From: a virus
Strand: one strand, 5' to 3'
DNA: 40,573 nucleotides
IMG/VR virus record: IMGVR_UViG_3300012347_000097
Coordinates: 1 to 40,573 of that record
The position numbers and the translations under genes were made by a program. Position 1 is the first letter of the stretch. The number at the start of each line of letters is the position of its first letter. Below the pieces are notes generated by a model. The model saw only the letters and a list, made by a program, of their open reading frames with translations. It was not told the DNA's origin and did no database searches. Shown here one piece after another: positions 23,880 to 28,662 of this stretch.

Positions 23880-24053
23880 TTACACTCTTGCCAGTTTAGT
23901 GTCAATAATCGCGTCACTAATTTTTGAGCGTAACTCCTGCACTTCCAAGGTGAGAGCCTTGAAATCGTTACGCTTATGCTTATCTTCCTCGGCACGTAAA
24001 GCCATGCGAATCACTTCGACTTCGCGCTCGGTCAGGTCAAGTAGTAGGCTCAT
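23880..24053 (-). CDS. Small helical protein (57 aa, below the track cutoff)
   Basis: MSLLLDLTEREVEVIRMALRAEEDKHKRNDFKALTLEVQELRSKISDAIIDTKLARV. ATGA-coupled. Confidence 0.45.
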   Translation of the reverse strand: MSLLLDLTEREVEVIRMALRAEEDKHKRNDFKALTLEVQELRSKISDAIIDTKLARV

Positions 24054-24193
24054 AGTACCACCGTAGCCAATACGCCAGCAATGGCGTCGTCGAGTCTATC
24101 CTGCACGTCAGACCACTCTTGGTCGGTCATGTTTGTGTTGAGAATCTCCTCAATTTCTTCACGAGATACTACATTCTCCCATTGTCCGTTCAT
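24050..24193 (-). CDS. Small acidic protein (47 aa, below the track cutoff)
   Basis: MNGQWENVVSREEIEEILNTNMTDQEWSDVQDRLDDAIAGVLATVVL. ATGA-coupled on both sides. Confidence 0.45.
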   Translation of the reverse strand: MNGQWENVVSREEIEEILNTNMTDQEWSDVQDRLDDAIAGVLATVVL

Positions 24194-24345
24194 GACTGAT
24201 TCTCCTCAAGTGATAGGGCGTAAGACTTCCACTCTGAAAGTCGCTCGGTTAGTTTCCAATTTCTTACTGCGGTTGTGATTACTAGCGTTGTGGACATAAG
24301 GAGAGCGACGCTCGCCCAAAATATGTCGGCTACTTCTAGGTACAT
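24190..24345 (-). CDS. Small membrane protein (51 aa, below the track cutoff)
   Basis: MYLEVADIFWASVALLMSTTLVITTAVRNWKLTERLSEWKSYALSLEENQS. One TM helix. AAAGGAG lies upstream of the start. Confidence 0.45.
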   Translation of the reverse strand: MYLEVADIFWASVALLMSTTLVITTAVRNWKLTERLSEWKSYALSLEENQS

Positions 24346-24365
24346 CTTAACTCCTTTGCTAAAGG

Positions 24366-24382
24366 CGTATGATTATCATACA
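24366..24382. promoter_or_regulatory. 17-bp palindrome copy 5: CGTATGATTATCATACA
   Basis: The 15-bp core is perfect. It lies 20 bp upstream of the ATG at 24345 and directly downstream of the tRNA-like element. Confidence 0.7.
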
Positions 24383-24386
24383 CCAG

Positions 24387-24451
24387 CGCTTGCCGTTGGA
24401 ATCGAACCAACGCGGGGAACCTTCGCAAGCGGTTACGCCCACCGCAAGGGC
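24387..24451 (-). other. tRNA-like element (perfect T-arm plus acceptor-like stem; no canonical cloverleaf)
   Basis: The - strand reads GTTGG-TTCGATT-CCAAC, flanked by the GCTTGC/GCAAGC stem, with a D-arm-like GCGG-TGGGCGTAA-CCGC upstream. It is only ~65 nt and I could not fold an anticodon arm. Confidence 0.35.
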
Positions 24452-24519
24452 ATAACTTCGACCAACAAGAGAATACTATCTTAGTGCGGTAACTAAGTCA
24501 ATTTACGCGGGAAACTATT

Positions 24520-24660
24520 TTAAGCCATGCCGAGCGCCTTGAGTCGGTCAAGGTTGGGCTTGGTGCGGTTCTCATCTTCCGCCTTATTCTTTGCTATCTG
24601 CTCGCGCACGTCAGCCGTAAGGCGGGCGATTGCTAGTTCTGCTTCTTCCAATATGTCCAT
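24520..24660 (-). CDS. Small helical protein (46 aa from MDILEE)
   Basis: Internal ATG of track ORF 24520..24717. The upstream codons are just palindrome copy 6 translated (ALYDNHT). Confidence 0.45.
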   Translation of the reverse strand: MDILEEAELAIARLTADVREQIAKNKAEDENRTKPNLDRLKALGMA

Positions 24661-24681
24661 GCTAACTTGCTCCGTTCTTAT

Positions 24682-24698
24682 CGTATGATTATCATACA
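24682..24698. promoter_or_regulatory. 17-bp palindrome copy 6: CGTATGATTATCATACA
   Basis: The 15-bp core is perfect. It lies 21 bp upstream of the ATG at 24660. Confidence 0.7.
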
Positions 24699-24851
24699 AG
24701 GCTCGCGCCCTGTTCAACTGATAAAGAGAACTTTACTCCTACCCCCTAACTTATGCAAGTCATGGCGGAAATTATTTTCTGGCGAAGTCATGCGCGTCAT
24801 ACCTCGGCCACATGAAAGTTTGTGTTGGTTTGTGTCGGCCGCTCCCCACGC

Positions 24852-24866
24852 GGTCGGGCGTGTCGC
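24852..24866 (+). repeat. 15-bp direct repeat GGTCGGGCGTGTCGC, copy A
   Basis: Identical to 25800..25814. Lies just beyond the terminator of the 211-aa gene. Confidence 0.8.
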
Positions 24867-24872
24867 GCAGGG

Positions 24873-24908
24873 ATAAAAAAATAACCCCCGACCCGTTAGG
24901 GTCGAGGG
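24873..24908 (-). terminator. Rho-independent terminator of the 211-aa gene
   Basis: On the - strand, CCCTCGACCC-TAAC-GGGTCGGGGG is followed by TTATTTTTTTATCC. Confidence 0.75.
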
Positions 24909-24927
24909 CTATCCTTTGCGCTAGGGG

Positions 24928-25563
24928 TTAGGCGTTAGCCTTTGCGCGGGTGTTCTTCTCGATATTGACCAACACGCCGAGGAGGGCGCGGAGGGTGTCG
25001 AGGTCGGCGGTAGTTGCCTCCTTGAGATTCTTCCCTCCGACTCGGCGGATAGCCTCAAGGGAGGTAGCGAGTGCGAGTTCAAGGGTAAGCGGTGCGACCT
25101 TTGGAGAGTTCTTTCCGCCGTTCTTGCGGGCGTTGGTTTGTGTTGGTGATTCTTCTTCTAGTTGCTCAACGTTTGCAACGTTTGCGATTACGGCGCGAGA
25201 TTCCTTGCCATGATTACGGCGGACACGCTCCGCGAGTTTTAGGAGGTCGGCTACTGGCTTATCCTTTGCACCCTCCACGGTGCGGATAATCTCGGCAAGG
25301 ATAGGGAAGTCTTGCGCGTGTGACTTGCGGATAGTTGGGGCAGTTCCGACGGTTGAGGCGATAGCCTCCTGAACGGTGCGGAGGTTGGTTTGTCCGTTGG
25401 TCATGAGGTCGGCGGTGTTGAGGATAAAGGCGAGTTCTCCGTCATGGTTGATGAGGCTTGAGTACTCGGCAGAAATTGTCGCGGTGACTGAATCTGCATA
25501 AGCGGTGAAAGTAGCGTTTTTAACTGACTTTGGAGCGGTGTTCTTTGTTGTCTTTGTTGCCAT
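24928..25563 (-). CDS. Hypothetical protein (211 aa), first gene downstream of the SOS boxes; visibly more G+C-rich than its neighbours
   Basis: Track ORF forming a monocistronic unit between palindrome copy 7/LexA box 1 and its own terminator. No motif recognised. Confidence 0.65.
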   Translation of the reverse strand: MATKTTKNTAPKSVKNATFTAYADSVTATISAEYSSLINHDGELAFILNTADLMTNGQTNLRTVQEAIASTVGTAPTIRKSHAQDFPILAEIIRTVEGAKDKPVADLLKLAERVRRNHGKESRAVIANVANVEQLEEESPTQTNARKNGGKNSPKVAPLTLELALATSLEAIRRVGGKNLKEATTADLDTLRALLGVLVNIEKNTRAKANA

Positions 25564-25659
25564 GATTTTTACATCCTTTGCGGTTAGGTCAGCCCGTTTG
25601 GCTGATGAGAGAACAATACCATCATTCCCGAGATTTCAACACCATTCGCGGGTCGAGTT

Positions 25660-25676
25660 TGTATGATAATCATAAA
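25660..25676. promoter_or_regulatory. 17-bp palindrome copy 7: TGTATGATAATCATAAA (one mismatch), abutting LexA box 1
   Basis: Read directly. It lies 96 bp upstream of the ATG at 25563. Confidence 0.65.
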
Positions 25677-25692
25677 TCGAACAGATGTTCGA
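25677..25692. promoter_or_regulatory. LexA (SOS) box 1: TCGAACAGATGTTCGA
   Basis: Perfect match to the actinobacterial/Gram-positive consensus TCGAAC-N4-GTTCGA. Confidence 0.7.
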
Positions 25693-25799
25693 AAGTCGAT
25701 TTATCGACAATTCCCTATCCCCCTATTTAGTTGAAATTTCAACTACTTTGTTCTCCCTGCGATTATCCCATGAGATGAGGTTACTGCAAAGTAACTTAG

Positions 25800-25814
25800 G
25801 GTCGGGCGTGTCGC
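25800..25814 (+). repeat. 15-bp direct repeat GGTCGGGCGTGTCGC, copy B
   Basis: Identical to 24852..24866. Lies between the hairpin GTTACTGCAAAGTAAC (25780-25795) and LexA box 2. Confidence 0.8.
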
Positions 25815-25821
25815 AGTTCTA

Positions 25822-25837
25822 TCGAACAGATGTTCGT
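25822..25837. promoter_or_regulatory. LexA (SOS) box 2: TCGAACAGATGTTCGT
   Basis: Same 14-bp core CGAACAGATGTTCG as box 1. Confidence 0.65.
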
Positions 25838-25870
25838 GTGACGTGGGTCACATTGCGGAAGGTTGGGAAC

Positions 25871-25967
25871 CTGAGAGTTTCCTGAGAATTATCTGAGAAG
25901 AACGGCTCTAGTTTTGGCTGAGAGATTCCTGAGAAATTCCTGATAGCCCCCCGAGAGTTTGCTGAGG
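25871..25967 (+). repeat. Iteron-like array of CTGAGA-type hexamers at 11-bp phasing (two blocks)
   Basis: Block 1 starts at 25871, 25882 and 25893. Block 2 starts at 25918 and 25929 (CTGAGA), 25940 (CTGATA), 25951 (CCGAGA) and 25962 (CTGAGG). Confidence 0.75.
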
Positions 25968-26055
25968 GGATAGTCACATCATTACAAAAAGTTATAAGCC
26001 GATAATATTTTATTATGTAAAGTAGTTTTGACCCTAGGCATAGTGAATTCGGTCC

Positions 26056-26108
26056 CACCCCCCTCTTATAGTGTCCCATAAAAATTCTCTGTTATATAAG
26101 GGGGGTGA
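26056..26108. repeat. Imperfect inverted repeat CACCCCCCTCTTATA ... TATAAGGGGGGGTG
   Basis: Read directly. The arms are separated by 24 nt of AT-rich sequence. Confidence 0.55.
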
Positions 26109-26114
26109 TTTATA

Positions 26115-26147
26115 AGTCGCCAGAATGCGACTTTTATAAGTTTTTTA
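26115..26147 (+). terminator. Stem-loop AAGTCGC-cagaat-GCGACTT followed by TTATAAGTTTTTT
   Basis: Read directly. This could be a terminator or a small-RNA 3' end. It is flanked by TTATAAG motifs. Confidence 0.35.
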
Positions 26148-26167
26148 CGCTCAAATAAAAATATTTT

Positions 26168-26183
26168 CCGAACTGCTGTTCGG
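26168..26183. promoter_or_regulatory. LexA (SOS) box 3: CCGAACTGCTGTTCGG
   Basis: CGAAC-N4-GTTCG core within a 16-bp palindrome. Confidence 0.6.
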
Positions 26184-26433
26184 TTTTACCCGTTTGAACG
26201 GGTTATCTTATATGTATAAATACATATACGGAGTCGCTCCGTTTAAGACTCCGCTCCTCCTATATAATATATAATTATTTATATATAATGGGATTTCTAT
26301 GCGCCAAACCCAACCGTTAATATAGCGTTTTATAACCACTCCCTTCTCTTCGAAGTTGTAGGTTTTGACCTACGGGAATGCCAGATATTCCGGGATGCGC
26401 CCGCCTCTGTTTAAGGCGGTCTGGCAACTATTA

Positions 26434-26504
26434 TTGGACGTGGCGCAAAGGCAGCGCGTCGGGTTGAAGCCCCGAAGGTGTAGGTTCGAGCCCTGCCGAC
26501 CAAT
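26434..26504 (+). tRNA. tRNA-Phe (GAA)
   Basis: Hand-folded. Acceptor TTGGACG/CGACCAA has one A-A mismatch. D arm GCGC-AAAGGCA-GCGC, anticodon arm TCGGG-TTGAAGC-CCCGA, T arm GTAGG-TTCGAGC-CCTGC. Confidence 0.6.
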
Positions 26505-26548
26505 CCTTTTAGTGCTGACCCAACCACAGTTTGGTGTAGGTACTAGCC

Positions 26549-26577
26549 GCCCCTCATATAGATGGCGAGGGGCTTTT
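26549..26577 (+). terminator. GC-rich hairpin plus TTTT immediately before tRNA-Ser
   Basis: GCCCCTC (26549-55) pairs with GAGGGGC (26567-73), followed by TTTT. Confidence 0.45.
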
Positions 26578-26666
26578 GGAAGAGTGGGTGAGTGGCTAAA
26601 ACCACCTGCTTGCTAAGCAGTCGGGGTTAGTAGCCCCCGCAGGTTCGAATCCTGCCTCTTCCGCCA
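26578..26666 (+). tRNA. tRNA-Ser (GCT), class II with a long variable arm and encoded CCA
   Basis: Acceptor GGAAGAG/CTCTTCC, anticodon loop TTGCTAA, variable arm CGGGG-TTAGTAG-CCCCG, T arm GCAGG-TTCGAAT-CCTGC, then G-CCA. Confidence 0.8.
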
Positions 26667-26694
26667 ACCCCAGTTCCTAGTGTTCTGGGCTTTT

Positions 26695-26765
26695 TGGTTC
26701 TTAGTGTAACGGCAGCACAGCGGCTTCCAAACCCGCTTGTCAAGGTTCGAATCCTTGGGAATCAG
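26695..26765 (+). tRNA. tRNA-Trp (CCA)
   Basis: Acceptor TGGTTCT/GGAATCA has two G-U pairs. D arm GTGT-AACGGCA-GCAC, anticodon loop TTCCAAA with a C-C mismatch at 31-39, T arm CAAGG-TTCGAAT-CCTTG. Confidence 0.65.
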
Positions 26766-26785
26766 CAATTATAGATGGGACAATC

Positions 26786-28654
26786 ATGGGACGCAAGCCT
26801 GGGGTACAATCTGTACCTAAAGACGAGGCGCAAGCCAAAGTCTTAGCCCTACTGGAACAGGGTGCTACTATCACAGCCGCTATGGCCGCTGTTGGTCGTA
26901 ATGACACTACCTTTCGCCAATGGTCTATGGTCAATGCCGACTTCAAGGAGAAGGCTGACAAGGCCCGCCTGGCAGGCAAGGGAATCAAGGCCGACATGGC
27001 CGACCTCAAGAACATCTCATTTGCAGACTTCTCTGAGCAGTTCCTAGGCTCTAAACTTTTCCCTCACCAGTTAAACTGGATTGATATGATTGAGGGCCGC
27101 GAACCTTCCTGGCAGCCAACTGGCATGCGCTATGAGAAGGGCGACCTTGCCCGTGTACTTATTAACGTGCCACCTGAGCATGCTAAGTCCACAACCATTA
27201 CCACCAACTATGTAACCTACCGTGTAGTAACTAACCCTAATATTCGAGTCCTTGTCGTCTCTAAGACGAACAACATGGCTAAGAAGTTTTTAACTGCTAT
27301 TAAGACCCGCCTTGACCATCCTTCATTTATGAAGATGCAAACGGCTTTCGGCCCTAATGGCGGCTATAAGAAGGATGCCACACAGTGGTCTGCTGACAGT
27401 ATCTATCTTGGTACTGGCCGCGACTCTGGTGAGAAGGACCCTACTATCCAGGCCCTAGGTATCCGTTCACAGATTTATGGTGCTCGTGCTGACCTCATCA
27501 TTTTGGATGACGTCGTTATGGACTCCAATGCTCACGACTGGGAAGCCCAGATTGAGTGGATTCAAAAGATGGTTATTACCCGTCTTGGTCGCCACGGTAA
27601 GTTGATTATCGTAGGAACCCGCGTATCCCCAATTGACCTTTATCAGCAACTCCGTGAGCCAATGCACTGGTCTGGTGGCAAGAGCCCCTTTACATATTGC
27701 GCAATGCCCGCAGTGCTTGAATTTGACGAAGACCCAGCCAAATGGAAAACCCTATGGCCTGAATCAGAGCAACAGGAAAACGAACTAGATGAGCAACTCC
27801 CAAATGGGCTATACCCCAAATGGGATGGACCCTCGCTATTTAAGCGCCGCTCTGAGGTCACTCCCTCAACTTGGGCAATGGTTTACCAGCAGGAAGACGT
27901 TATCGAAGATTCCATCTTCTCACCTACCTGTATCGCAGGAAGTGTGCAAGGAGCCAGAAAGCGCGGGCCTCTAAAGCCTGGTGCTATGGGTCATCCTAGA
28001 CACGTTGAAGGTACTTATACAGTTATCGGTCTTGACCCTGCTATGGCAGGTGCTACTGGCGCTGTTGTAGTTACTTACAATAAGGCAGATGGCAAGGTCT
28101 ATGTACTAGATTGCGTCAACATGACCGACCCTAGTCCCGCTAAGATTCAGAATCTTATTCAGGAGTGGGTCGAGAAGTACAAGCCGCAAGAACTGCGCAT
28201 CGAAATTAACGCACACCAGAAGGCTTACGCCCTGGATAATGACTTGAGAGACTACCTAGCCATTCATGGCTGTAGGCTTGAGTCGCACTTTACTGGAAAG
28301 AACAAGTGGGATACATCCTTCGGCGTTGCCTCTATGGCAATGCTCTTTGGTAGTACCCGCGATGGTCGCTTCCAGGATAACAACATTATCGAACTACCAA
28401 GTAACGAAGGCTCTGAGGGTATCAAAACCCTAGTGCAGCAGTTGATTACCTGGAAGGCTGATACCAAGAACGCCACAGATACAGTTATGGCTCTGTGGTT
28501 TGCTATCATCCGTGTTCGTGAACTGATGCAGCATTCTTCTCACATGGCTCAGTACCAGAACAACAGGTGGGCCACTAGAGCACAACGCTCAACGCGTGGC
28601 TCAATCAATTTAGATGAAGCATTTGCCGACCAATGGGCAGATAACTACGGATAA
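26786..28654 (+). CDS. terL: Terminase large subunit with an N-terminal HTH-like extension (622 aa)
   Basis: Walker A-like NVPPEHAKST, Walker B ADLIILDDV and the nuclease-domain motif VIGLDPA. The first ~70 aa (LLEQGATITAAMAAVGRNDTTFRQW) look like a small-terminase/HTH module. Confidence 0.85.
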   Translation: MGRKPGVQSVPKDEAQAKVLALLEQGATITAAMAAVGRNDTTFRQWSMVNADFKEKADKARLAGKGIKADMADLKNISFADFSEQFLGSKLFPHQLNWIDMIEGREPSWQPTGMRYEKGDLARVLINVPPEHAKSTTITTNYVTYRVVTNPNIRVLVVSKTNNMAKKFLTAIKTRLDHPSFMKMQTAFGPNGGYKKDATQWSADSIYLGTGRDSGEKDPTIQALGIRSQIYGARADLIILDDVVMDSNAHDWEAQIEWIQKMVITRLGRHGKLIIVGTRVSPIDLYQQLREPMHWSGGKSPFTYCAMPAVLEFDEDPAKWKTLWPESEQQENELDEQLPNGLYPKWDGPSLFKRRSEVTPSTWAMVYQQEDVIEDSIFSPTCIAGSVQGARKRGPLKPGAMGHPRHVEGTYTVIGLDPAMAGATGAVVVTYNKADGKVYVLDCVNMTDPSPAKIQNLIQEWVEKYKPQELRIEINAHQKAYALDNDLRDYLAIHGCRLESHFTGKNKWDTSFGVASMAMLFGSTRDGRFQDNNIIELPSNEGSEGIKTLVQQLITWKADTKNATDTVMALWFAIIRVRELMQHSSHMAQYQNNRWATRAQRSTRGSINLDEAFADQWADNYG

Positions 28655-28662
28655 GGAAACCA

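Noticed and set aside
24387-24451. Interpreting the tRNA-like fragment as a functional attP site indicating a temperate lifestyle.
   Set aside because: No tyrosine or serine recombinase, excisionase or CI-like repressor is recognisable anywhere in the 40.5 kb. It is kept only as one low-probability explanation in the findings.
24081-24484. Plus-strand ORFs 24081..24278 and 24275..24484.
   Set aside because: They lie antisense to three tightly coupled minus-strand mini-genes, each with an RBS and ATGA overlaps, and to the tRNA-like element. Their strand is opposite to the whole surrounding block.
24520-24717. A shared YDNHT peptide motif in three small ORFs (19968..20273, 21608..21805 and 24520..24717), which might suggest a protein family.
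   Set aside because: In each case the motif is simply the translation of the 17-bp DNA palindrome. The similarity does not extend beyond it, so the signal is at the DNA level, not the protein level.
25871-25967. Possibility that the short tandem repeats are a CRISPR array.
   Set aside because: The units are 11 bp with 6-bp cores and essentially no unique spacers. CRISPR repeats are 23-47 bp and are separated by spacers of similar size. No cas genes are present.
25685-26079. ORFs 25685..25885 (+) and 25819..26079 (-) in the large intergenic region.
   Set aside because: They are built from the SOS boxes, the 15-bp repeat and the 11-bp CTGAGA iterons. They have no RBS and their composition is odd. 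The region is better explained as regulatory DNA.
26365-26616. 83-aa + strand ORF upstream of the terminase.
   Set aside because: It runs straight through tRNA-Phe, the hairpin and the 5' half of tRNA-Ser, so it is an artefact of structured RNA genes. ORF 26740..27015 (-) is likewise antisense to tRNA-Trp and the TerL start.
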